IMG/VR virus record: IMGVR_UViG_3300034095_001503
Location: 13,986-77,985 of that record
DNA from: a virus
Direction: 5' to 3' (one strand)
Length of the DNA stretch: 64,000 bases
The notes beneath the pieces are model-generated. The model made no database searches and was not told the DNA's origin. It saw nothing but the letters and a program-made list of their open reading frames with translations. The position numbers and the translations under genes are program-made. Every line of letters starts with the position of its first letter. Positions within the stretch are counted from its first letter, which is position 1. Shown here one piece after another: positions 39,232 to 47,643 of the stretch.

Positions 39232-39632
39232 TGTTTGATATTAGTAATATTAGTGGTGTACTAAATGTGATTTTAGCTGCATTCACAATTCCAGAAGAAC
39301 CAATAGCGTCACTCCCACCACCATTGATTATTGTAGGTGCTAAGTTAAGACCAGGTGTATCAGCAAAATCAATTGCTTCTAAAATTATATCTAGACAATC
39401 ACAGTCTGGTAGACAAGTTGGTGATGTATTTGCTGATGGTCCTAATAATGAAGAAGCAATGGAATTAATTAGAATTGAAGAAATAATAAATGCGTTATTA
39501 AATGAAAGTGTTATTAATGTTGCGATTCCACCTGGAATTTCTGTTACGGTAACTGGCGGTAACGCTGGTGGTCCATTCATTGCTCAAGGGTTCACAACAA
39601 CAATAGCAACTGGTAACGGTATACATAGATAA
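39231..39632 (+). CDS. Hypothetical baseplate/spike-associated protein
   Basis: 133 aa, Gly/Pro-rich C-terminus; lies near the gp5-like gene. Confidence 0.65.
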   Translation: MFDISNISGVLNVILAAFTIPEEPIASLPPPLIIVGAKLRPGVSAKSIASKIISRQSQSGRQVGDVFADGPNNEEAMELIRIEEIINALLNESVINVAIPPGISVTVTGGNAGGPFIAQGFTTTIATGNGIHR

Positions 39633-39643
39633 ATTTTGTTATT

Positions 39644-39835
39644 ATGATAGAAGAAAAAAAAGATGATTTAGAATCAAAATCAAGCAATGAAATTTTGTTT
39701 GAAATAAAACAAATGGAAGCTGACCATGAAGCAATAAAATTAAGAATGGTACAAGATTATGATAGATTAGTTGAAATAGAAAATAAATTTGAAAAAGCTA
39801 ATCAAATAATATTAAAAAGATTAAAAGGTGTGTAA
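39644..39835 (+). CDS. Small coiled-coil protein
   Basis: 63-aa ORF filling the operon gap. Confidence 0.65.
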   Translation: MIEEKKDDLESKSSNEILFEIKQMEADHEAIKLRMVQDYDRLVEIENKFEKANQIILKRLKGV

Positions 39836-40825
39836 ATGAGCAACGATGGTACAAGTAGTTGGTTCTTGGGTCCTTATCCAAGTAAACAAGACAATTTTAG
39901 ATATTTAAAATATGGTGTTGTTGATTCTATAGAAGATGAATTTGGAATGGGTAGAATCAAAGTTAGGGTTAATGGTAACCACGCTGTTGGTGGTGACGGT
40001 GATACATTAACTAAAGATTTACCATGGGCGTTTCCATTGTTACCTAAACATTTATCAACTATACCAAAAGTTGGTGAAGTTGTGTGGATTTTTATTTTAG
40101 GTAAAAAATCACAACATGCTGATAGACTTTATATTGGACCAATTACGTCTCAATTAGATAAACTTAATGAAGATAGATTTTCTGCGTTAACACCTTTAAG
40201 ACCATTTACATTTGGTCAATTAACTCCAGGTGCCTCAGTATTGACTGATGAGACAACAAACAAAATAATACCAGAATTAATAGGTGTCTTCCCAAAAGCA
40301 GATGAAATATCAATACAAGGTAGATACAATACTGATATCACTCAAAAAAAGAATGAAATTGTAATTAGAGCTGGTAAATTTGAAGCTTCAGAAAGTAATG
40401 TTTATAAAATAGCATTCAACAGTAAAACACAAGGGTTTATTCAAATTAAAAATGATGTTTCATATCCATCAACAAATAATTCTGAAAGTATTGAAAAAGG
40501 AAGTGTTACTAATATCGTTGCTAATAAAATAAATTTATTAACACATAGAGATGGTACACCAACAATCAATATAAATAATAATGATTTAATCAGCAATGAT
40601 GAATTAAAAATGATTTTAATGGATGCTCATCAATTACCATTTGGTGATATCTTATTAGAATATTTACGTTTATTGAAAGAAGCTATATTTTCACACGTAC
40701 ATAATGGTAACGGAAACCCAGCAACTGATTTAACGGCAACTGACTGTGCAGCAGTAGCAGCACTTAAATCACAAGCAGATGATTTAGAAAAAAGAATGTT
40801 ATCTAAAAACATTCGTATTAATTAA
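39836..40825 (+). CDS. Baseplate central spike (gp5/gpV/VgrG-like OB fold with HxH apex)
   Basis: GVVDSIEDEFGMGRIKVRV, LPWAFPL, IPKVGEVVWI; C-terminal SHVH. Confidence 0.8.
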   Translation: MSNDGTSSWFLGPYPSKQDNFRYLKYGVVDSIEDEFGMGRIKVRVNGNHAVGGDGDTLTKDLPWAFPLLPKHLSTIPKVGEVVWIFILGKKSQHADRLYIGPITSQLDKLNEDRFSALTPLRPFTFGQLTPGASVLTDETTNKIIPELIGVFPKADEISIQGRYNTDITQKKNEIVIRAGKFEASESNVYKIAFNSKTQGFIQIKNDVSYPSTNNSESIEKGSVTNIVANKINLLTHRDGTPTININNNDLISNDELKMILMDAHQLPFGDILLEYLRLLKEAIFSHVHNGNGNPATDLTATDCAAVAALKSQADDLEKRMLSKNIRIN

Positions 40826-40856
40826 TCTTTTTAGATATTTATTATAAAAAGATACA

Positions 40857-42263
40857 ATGGTAATACGAACATATTTCGATAAGAACAATACTATTGTTTA
40901 CAATTTAAATGTAAACACTGGATTAAACCCAATAACTCAATTATTCTATGGTGGACCAGTTGGTAACCAAACTTATAGTAGATTTTTATTTCATTTCGAT
41001 GAAAATAGAATTAAATCGCTATATACTGGTGGTACATTCACCGATTTATCTAAACTTAAACATACACTTAGAATGACCAACACTGGTGCTTTTGATAAAG
41101 AATTATTAAACACTAGTGTGGGTGGTAAAGTTAGAACAACTTCTTTTAATTTAATTGCATTCAAAATAGAACAACCATGGGATAATGGAGTTGGTTATGA
41201 TTATGAAGTTCCAATTCTAACATTTGGTGACCCAGCTTATTTTGTTGGTCCATCAAACTGGGTTAGAGCTCAAACTGGAATTGACTGGTCTGGTGGGTCT
41301 GGCGTTTATTCTGGGTCACCAAGTGCGATAACCGTAACATATCAACATTTTAATAAAGGTAATGAAAATATAGAAATGGATGTTACCAATTATATTAATG
41401 GTGTTTTAACTGGTAATACAAATTATGGATTAGGAATTGCTTATGATAGAAGTTATGAATTATTAAATACTACAGTACCACAATATGTTGGTTTCTTCAC
41501 AAACAATACACAAACATTCTACGAACCTTATATTGAAACGGTTTATGATAACCATATAAAAGATGATAGAAATAATTTTTATTTAGATAAAAATAATAAA
41601 CTATATCTTTATGTAAATGTTGGTGGAAACCCAACAAATTTAGATGTTATACCAACAGTAGAAGTATATAATAACAACGATGTATTATTTTCTTCATATA
41701 CCCAATCACAAGTAACTCACGTAACAAAAGGTGTTTATTCAATAGATATTATTGTTCCATCAAATGGTTCAAATGATTGCGTTATGTATAATGATATTTG
41801 GTCTGGAATAACTATAAATGGTGTTTCTAGACCAAATATTTCTTTGGATTTTGCAATGAAAGATTCTATGGAATATTATAACATTGGAACATCGGATAAT
41901 TTACCTAAGAAAACAGCGGTTAGTATTTCTGGTATTCAAAACAACGAAAGAATAAAACGTGGTGATGTTAGAAAAGTAATTGTTTCTGCTAGAATACCTT
42001 ATACTATTGAACAAACACAACTTATTGATGATATAAAATATAGATTATACGTTACTGAAGGTAAACCAGAATTAACTGTAATTGATTACCAACCAGTTGA
42101 AATGGCTAACAATCATTATTATTTCTTATTGGATACTGCTAGTCTTATCCCAAATACATATTATTTAGATGTTCTAGTTACCTCTAATTTAGAGGTGACA
42201 ACATTAAAAGGTGTGTTGCAATTTGATATTGTAAACCAAGTAGATTTAAGAAGAGGACAGTAA
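40857..42263 (+). CDS. Virion structural protein (beta-rich)
   Basis: 468 aa; YSRFLFHFD, WDNGVGYDY, MDVTNYI...NYGLGI; late motif upstream. Confidence 0.7.
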   Translation: MVIRTYFDKNNTIVYNLNVNTGLNPITQLFYGGPVGNQTYSRFLFHFDENRIKSLYTGGTFTDLSKLKHTLRMTNTGAFDKELLNTSVGGKVRTTSFNLIAFKIEQPWDNGVGYDYEVPILTFGDPAYFVGPSNWVRAQTGIDWSGGSGVYSGSPSAITVTYQHFNKGNENIEMDVTNYINGVLTGNTNYGLGIAYDRSYELLNTTVPQYVGFFTNNTQTFYEPYIETVYDNHIKDDRNNFYLDKNNKLYLYVNVGGNPTNLDVIPTVEVYNNNDVLFSSYTQSQVTHVTKGVYSIDIIVPSNGSNDCVMYNDIWSGITINGVSRPNISLDFAMKDSMEYYNIGTSDNLPKKTAVSISGIQNNERIKRGDVRKVIVSARIPYTIEQTQLIDDIKYRLYVTEGKPELTVIDYQPVEMANNHYYFLLDTASLIPNTYYLDVLVTSNLEVTTLKGVLQFDIVNQVDLRRGQ

Positions 42264-42264
42264 T

Positions 42265-42615
42265 ATGAAAAGTTTTATAAAAAAAAGAATTAGAGAAGAA
42301 ATGATTGATGGTCAGAACATGTCACCAATTATGCAAACATTTTGTAATCAAATGAGTATACCAAAAGAATGGTTTAATGCTGATTATGAACGTATAATTG
42401 AATTAGTGAGTAGTATGATTGGACCTAAAGATGGTAAAAATGCTGCAATTTGGGAAAAGATTCATTTACCATTAAAACAATGGAAACAACAAGAAACTAG
42501 TATCAACAAACAAGTTAAACAAGGAAAAATGTCTGGTAGTTCAAATCCAGACAATAATACTTATTGGACAGAAATCCAAACAACAATTTGTGAACAAGGT
42601 TCAGATTTTGAATAA
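42265..42615 (+). CDS. Hypothetical protein, probable head-internal (N-terminal IRE motif)
   Basis: MKSFIKKRIREE leader. Confidence 0.65.
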   Translation: MKSFIKKRIREEMIDGQNMSPIMQTFCNQMSIPKEWFNADYERIIELVSSMIGPKDGKNAAIWEKIHLPLKQWKQQETSINKQVKQGKMSGSSNPDNNTYWTEIQTTICEQGSDFE

Positions 42616-42655
42616 AAAGACTTGACAATTTTTTTTATTGTCATATATTTATAAA

Positions 42656-42727
42656 TGTGTTAACTCACGTATTGGTCTCGACCCTTAAAATGGTTTAGAG
42701 TTGTCAAGGCAACAAAGATATCAGTAC
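42656..42727 (+). ncRNA. Candidate structured cis-regulatory 5' leader RNA
   Basis: GC-enriched leader; GUAUUGGU/AUCAGUAC closing stem encloses two hairpins; 5' arm is complementary to the 3' UTR at 43670-43680. Confidence 0.4.
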
Positions 42728-42757
42728 AATAATAACAAAAATTAAAAGTTAATTAAA

Positions 42758-43657
42758 ATGTACAAAAAAAACTATGAGGCACCAACTGTGCCTACAGCTA
42801 TGATTGCTGTGAACAAATCAAGACTTAAAGTCTACAACAATACGGGCGATATGCCAACGTATTATCTACAATCTGGAACTGAGTTCCAAATCGAATTATT
42901 CAACCCAACAACGGACGTTATTTTGGCTAAAATCATACTTAACGGTAATCCTATTTCACAAGGTGGTTTGGTATTGAACCCTGGCCAGAGAGTTTTCTTG
43001 GATAGATACTTAGATGTTGCTAAAAAATTCTTATTCGATACCTATGAAGTATCTAACACTGAAGAAGTTAAAAAAGCCATCGAAAAGAATGGTGATTTCA
43101 AAGTAGAATTCTACAGAGAAAGAATCGAACCTAAATTCAACCCAAATTACGGTAGTCTAACAATAAATAGCTGTAATTCTAGAGGTTTTAGTGGAAACTT
43201 AAACAACACAATTGGTGGTTACGCTTCAAATAACGGTAATGCTGTTAATCTTTCAAACACATCTGGTCATCTTGGGACTACTGCATTATATAGTTCTCCT
43301 ATATCCAATACTTTCTTTGACCAAAACGCTAACAGAAGTATTCCAACACTAGATTCAATGGAAGATACTTTATCGTTGGATATACCAAATGTAACTAGAA
43401 GGTTTTCACAAAAGAAGCTTTCTAAGAGCATAGAAACTGGTAGAGTAGAGCAAGGTTCAGTTTCTGACCAAAAGGTTGTTACAGTGGATAAAAAGTTTGA
43501 ATATTGGGCTTTCCATACAATTGAATGCAAGATGCTACCAGTATCACAAAAAATAAATACAGTTGAAGATATACATGTAAAAGTATATTGCACCAACTGT
43601 GGTTCTAAATTAAGTAAAGGTCACAAATTCTGTGGTCACTGCGGAACAAAAGCATAA
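42758..43657 (+). CDS. Zinc-ribbon domain protein with an N-terminal beta-sandwich-like domain
   Basis: C-terminal CTNCG...KFCGHCG; 299 aa. Confidence 0.8.
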   Translation: MYKKNYEAPTVPTAMIAVNKSRLKVYNNTGDMPTYYLQSGTEFQIELFNPTTDVILAKIILNGNPISQGGLVLNPGQRVFLDRYLDVAKKFLFDTYEVSNTEEVKKAIEKNGDFKVEFYRERIEPKFNPNYGSLTINSCNSRGFSGNLNNTIGGYASNNGNAVNLSNTSGHLGTTALYSSPISNTFFDQNANRSIPTLDSMEDTLSLDIPNVTRRFSQKKLSKSIETGRVEQGSVSDQKVVTVDKKFEYWAFHTIECKMLPVSQKINTVEDIHVKVYCTNCGSKLSKGHKFCGHCGTKA

Positions 43658-43684
43658 AATAAAATTAACGAGTTAACACACAAT

Positions 43685-43715
43685 AAAAAAGCCTAGAATG
43701 TTCTAGGCTTTTTTT
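43685..43715. terminator. Bidirectional intrinsic terminator
   Basis: AAAAAAGCCTAGA-ATGT-TCTAGGCTTTTTTT between convergent genes. Confidence 0.9.
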
Positions 43716-44377
43716 TATTTTATTAATATTGGCATTTTATTCTTTATAAATATTTTATTCAAATCTGTTATCGTTGTTTTTGTTATTACACAATCTTTTT
43801 TACCATCTGCGTTAACACCTAACCAAACATAGGTTATTTTATTAATAACCAATATTTTATAATAATGTGTTGGTATTTTTATTGTTGAATTAGGTAAGTA
43901 TTTTTTATTCTTTTCATCGTAGATAACACCAGTAATTATAATAGCATCTTTTTTATATTTGGCTATTGAATCCTCAACACCCATCTCTAATTCTTTCCAT
44001 GGATGTTCGTTAAAATAAGCATATTGTGGTGCTTCATTTAACATACTAAATGAATAACGATTTATTAAACTATCATACGATGTAATGCTAGATGGTGTTA
44101 AATGTCCCATATCAAAACCAGTTTTAGAAAATCTACTTTGGATATATTTTCCTTTATAAGCTTCTTGGAACCAACAATTACATCTATCATATGTACCTTT
44201 ATTTTTAAAGTTTTTATATGTTATAACATGTTTAGAAGCTAATGTTGTTGTATCATTATCTAAATATAAAGTTATATCACCATGAGGTATTGTTAGTGTA
44301 TTATTTATTATTACATTTGTTTGGGAATAAGTTCCAAAAGTAATTAGTAGTGTTAGTAAAATTAAAATATGTTTCAT
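43715..44377 (-). CDS. Secreted DNA/RNA non-specific endonuclease (NucA/EndA-like)
   Basis: Signal peptide MKHILILLTLLITFGTYS|Q; DMGHL (DRGH-like), N.APQ...N...W..LE, IPTHYYKI. Confidence 0.85.
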   Translation of the reverse strand: MKHILILLTLLITFGTYSQTNVIINNTLTIPHGDITLYLDNDTTTLASKHVITYKNFKNKGTYDRCNCWFQEAYKGKYIQSRFSKTGFDMGHLTPSSITSYDSLINRYSFSMLNEAPQYAYFNEHPWKELEMGVEDSIAKYKKDAIIITGVIYDEKNKKYLPNSTIKIPTHYYKILVINKITYVWLGVNADGKKDCVITKTTITDLNKIFIKNKMPILIK

Positions 44378-44441
44378 ATAGATAAATATCTTGATTAATA
44401 AAAAATAATTCGTATATTTGTATAAATTAAAACTTATAACT

Positions 44442-44597
44442 ATGTGTATTAAAAAATTAGTAAGCCAAACTTATTTAGATATTAAAAAATTGGTTGAAGA
44501 AACACCTAATGATATGGATTTAGGTAAGGTGATTAGAAACTATATCGCAAAAGAAAAAGAAAAAATAGAAAAAGATGATGATTATGAAAACGTATAA
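44442..44597 (+). CDS. Small hypothetical protein (51 aa; not in the ORF track)
   Basis: MCIKKLVSQTYLDIKKLVEETPNDMDLGKVIRNY...; preceded by TTGATT...TATATTTG and an A-rich leader; overlaps the HNH start. Confidence 0.65.
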   Translation: MCIKKLVSQTYLDIKKLVEETPNDMDLGKVIRNYIAKEKEKIEKDDDYENV

Positions 44598-45075
44598 ATT
44601 AACATCTGAAATTGTTCCAAGTACATCTTGGTATAATAACGTAAGAAGCAACATATCAACGAAAGAATGGGATTATTTAAGAAAAAAATCTTATGAAGCT
44701 GCTGGTAATGTATGTGAAATATGTGGTGATACTGGTAAAAATCAAGGTTTTAACCACAACGTAGAATGTCATGAAATTTGGGAATACAACGATGAAACTC
44801 TTATACAAACACTAACTGGGTTGATTTCATTATGTCCACACTGCCATAAAGTAAAACACCCAGGTTTGGCTCAAATAAAAGGTGAATCTGAAATAGTTAT
44901 CTCTCAATTAATGAAAGTTAATGAAATAAGTAGAAATAAAGCTATGGAATATTTAACAGAAGCTTTTAATTTATATCATATGCGTTCTGAACATGAGTGG
45001 ACATTAGATATTACCTATTTGGAAAATACTTTAAATGATTATAATGAAAAACCTTGGTGGGATAAAATGATTTGA
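44584..45075 (+). CDS. HNH endonuclease-like protein
   Basis: CEICG, ECHEIWEY, LCPHCHKVKH. The start could be 44575, 44578 or 44584. Confidence 0.85.
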   Translation: MKTYKLTSEIVPSTSWYNNVRSNISTKEWDYLRKKSYEAAGNVCEICGDTGKNQGFNHNVECHEIWEYNDETLIQTLTGLISLCPHCHKVKHPGLAQIKGESEIVISQLMKVNEISRNKAMEYLTEAFNLYHMRSEHEWTLDITYLENTLNDYNEKPWWDKMI

Positions 45076-45678
45076 TTATCTTTCTAAACTATAAACCATA
45101 TTCATAACATTTGTTTTTGGGTTTTGTTTAAGATATTCATCACCTTTAGCTATAAGTTTGTTTAGTTTATCCATACCCAGAGTATAGATGAATTGTGTAT
45201 TGTGTAGTTCTCTACCTCTAGCTATCCATTTTTTATTTTCTTCGTCATCAAAATCATGACTCATATCATCGAACCATTCTTCTTTGCCAGTTCTTTGTGT
45301 TCTAACTATTGGTTTCTTTTCAACATCATCTCTAGTTGTAAATTTTTCCCATACATTAATGGCATCTTGACTGGTTGAGGAATCATCTGACATAGTAATT
45401 CCTTTTGGATAAACATATGTCATTGCTAATTCGTATAACAATGCCCCATAACCTCTGTCAGAATAAGCACCATAAATACCATATACATCACCTTGTGTAA
45501 GACTAAATGAAATATAACCTTTTGGTTCAGCAGTTGTTGTATCTAAGAGTAAGTTTTTTACGAGCTTGACAAGTAAAAATATGTTATCATCTTTGATAAA
45601 GATAACAGCCAAATTAGCAGTATCATTTATTGTGATTCTTGCTTCTAATAGTTCGTTAAAAATTTCACTTAGTTTCAT
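45076..45678 (-). CDS. GNAT-like acetyltransferase, probable head-packaged protein
   Basis: Motif A-like RGYGALLYE followed by SD...S..A..VW; N-terminal LSE/FNE/LLE; ATG at 45678. Confidence 0.6.
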   Translation of the reverse strand: MKLSEIFNELLEARITINDTANLAVIFIKDDNIFLLVKLVKNLLLDTTTAEPKGYISFSLTQGDVYGIYGAYSDRGYGALLYELAMTYVYPKGITMSDDSSTSQDAINVWEKFTTRDDVEKKPIVRTQRTGKEEWFDDMSHDFDDEENKKWIARGRELHNTQFIYTLGMDKLNKLIAKGDEYLKQNPKTNVMNMVYSLER

Positions 45679-45700
45679 ATTAATAAATATCCTATAAAAC

Positions 45701-45731
45701 AAAAAAGCTCCACATTTCTGTAGAGCTTTTT
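45701..45731 (-). terminator. Intrinsic terminator of the major capsid gene
   Basis: Minus strand AGCTCTACA-GAAA-TGTGGAGCT-TTTTTGTTTT. Confidence 0.85.
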
Positions 45732-45750
45732 AGTTTATATAAGATTATTA

Positions 45751-47610
45751 TTATCTTAATTCGTTAACATTAAATGTTGGTACACCATCAACTCTTACGT
45801 GACCGTAGAATCTATTGTTAACCACTTTTTTAGCGTAACGTGTCATAATACCTTTAACTGGAGCAAAGTTAAATGGATTGTACATAGTTGGAGTTAATTG
45901 TAAAGGCACGTATGGTGCGTAGATATAACCAGTATCCAATAATGATTTTCCTTTGTGACCGATGATTACTGAGAATGCTGGTGCATAAGGGTCACGGTAC
46001 ACTTGGTAACGTCCACTTAAAGAACCGATTCTTTCAATACCCATGTTGTATTGGTCTTGCTCTGGGTTAGCATCAGATACGTGGAAGTATTCTAAATCGT
46101 CAAAGATTGCAGAGATTTCAGAAGAAACCACGATGAAGTTTGCACCACCACGAAGTGTTGATTTATGGATTTGAGCAGAAACTTGGTTTAATCTAGTGAT
46201 TAAAGTTTGATTCCATTCTTTTTGAGTATATGGGTTTGCAGATGTAGCAGCTTTTCTCCATCCGTTATAATCCCAACGTAATTGCCATGCAGCAGCTTTA
46301 CGGATATCTCTAAGGATTTCACGGTCAATCTCAGCAGCAACTTGTTCAGATAACATAGCAGTTAATTCAGCTTCAGCATCAATGTTGTGGAATGCACTAA
46401 CATCTTGTGCTAACTCTGGAGACCATGTAGCTCTTAATTTTCTTTCTTCTACAGATACAACAACTTCGTCTAATCTGAAAGATACTTCTCCCATTTCAGT
46501 TTCAAGCTCTAATGAAGCGTATTCAGCCCATGCAGCAGTGAAAGTGAAAGCAGATACAGTTGTTGCAGATGCACCAACATATCCATCATAAGTAGCAGTA
46601 CCAGGAGTGATATTTGTACCAGCAGCAGTTGTTCCAACTGGGTGACGTAAATCTAACTCTACATAACAAGTACCAGTACCATCAGTTAATGAACTAGAAC
46701 CAGTTACGATACCTTTACCATATTGTTGAGTAACTAAACGGAAAGGAACTTCTTTACCAGCCTCGATGATTTGGTTACCGTCTCTATCTAAGATAGCAGC
46801 ACTAGTTACAACGTGTAATGAAGCTAAGAAAGATTCAGTATCCATGTTGTTACCGTTAGCACCAGTCATTACTTCTCTACCGTTGTTTGTAACGTTTTTA
46901 GAGAAACCAGTGATTCCTAAGATAATACCTCTTAATGAACCATCAGTTGCAGTTGCACCTGGAGACATAGCAGCAGTAGCTACAGTATAAGAACCGTCAG
47001 TTCCTAAAGTGTAAACAGCAGAACCACCAACTTGGATAGTAAGAGTACCTTTAGAGTTGTCAAATAAACCGTCATTGTAGAAAGCATCATAAAGATTTTT
47101 TCCTACGAATGGAGTTACAACACAACCACCAGCACTAATACAAGAAGGCAATGCAGCTCCAACTGGAGTACCATTGTTAAGACCACCTAAACCAGTGTGT
47201 GCAGAAAATTGAGTATTATAAGCACCACCATTTACGTCATAATCAGAACCAGCATTTCCAGCACCGTCAACACGACTAGAAGTTTGTGGAACGAAGAAGA
47301 ACAATTTACCAATTGGCATGTTCATAGCTTGTACAGATACGATATCGTTAGCTAATAATTTAGAGAAAACTCTACGTACAATTGGGAAAACTACAGTTTC
47401 GAAAGAACCAGAGTTAGTTGCAGTTGTAGCTTCAGTTAATAATGAAGACGCTTGGTTTTCATATAATTGAGCGATGTTTTCTTTTACGTGTCCTCTAAGA
47501 CCGTCAAGGAATCCTAAAGAATCCCATTTTGTTTGTGTTTCCAAACGAATAGCTTTCATGTGGTTTAAACCGATGTTACCTACTTGTCCAGATGTTAATA
47601 AATGTGACAT
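45751..47610 (-). CDS. gp23: Major capsid protein, T4 gp23-like
   Basis: FPIVRRVF, VSVQAM..P.G, RKLRATWSPELAQD..AFH.IDAEAEL, EIDREIL, YAPYVPL, GIMTRY. Confidence 0.97.
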   Translation of the reverse strand: MSHLLTSGQVGNIGLNHMKAIRLETQTKWDSLGFLDGLRGHVKENIAQLYENQASSLLTEATTATNSGSFETVVFPIVRRVFSKLLANDIVSVQAMNMPIGKLFFFVPQTSSRVDGAGNAGSDYDVNGGAYNTQFSAHTGLGGLNNGTPVGAALPSCISAGGCVVTPFVGKNLYDAFYNDGLFDNSKGTLTIQVGGSAVYTLGTDGSYTVATAAMSPGATATDGSLRGIILGITGFSKNVTNNGREVMTGANGNNMDTESFLASLHVVTSAAILDRDGNQIIEAGKEVPFRLVTQQYGKGIVTGSSSLTDGTGTCYVELDLRHPVGTTAAGTNITPGTATYDGYVGASATTVSAFTFTAAWAEYASLELETEMGEVSFRLDEVVVSVEERKLRATWSPELAQDVSAFHNIDAEAELTAMLSEQVAAEIDREILRDIRKAAAWQLRWDYNGWRKAATSANPYTQKEWNQTLITRLNQVSAQIHKSTLRGGANFIVVSSEISAIFDDLEYFHVSDANPEQDQYNMGIERIGSLSGRYQVYRDPYAPAFSVIIGHKGKSLLDTGYIYAPYVPLQLTPTMYNPFNFAPVKGIMTRYAKKVVNNRFYGHVRVDGVPTFNVNELR

Positions 47611-47643
47611 ATTGTTTTTTTTTTATTTTTGTTATTGTTATTA

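Noticed and set aside
42656-43680. Retron or IS element suggested by the 11-bp inverted repeats
   Set aside because: No RT or transposase and no target-site duplication recognised; the arms lie inside one transcription unit, so kept only as an RNA-pairing hypothesis.
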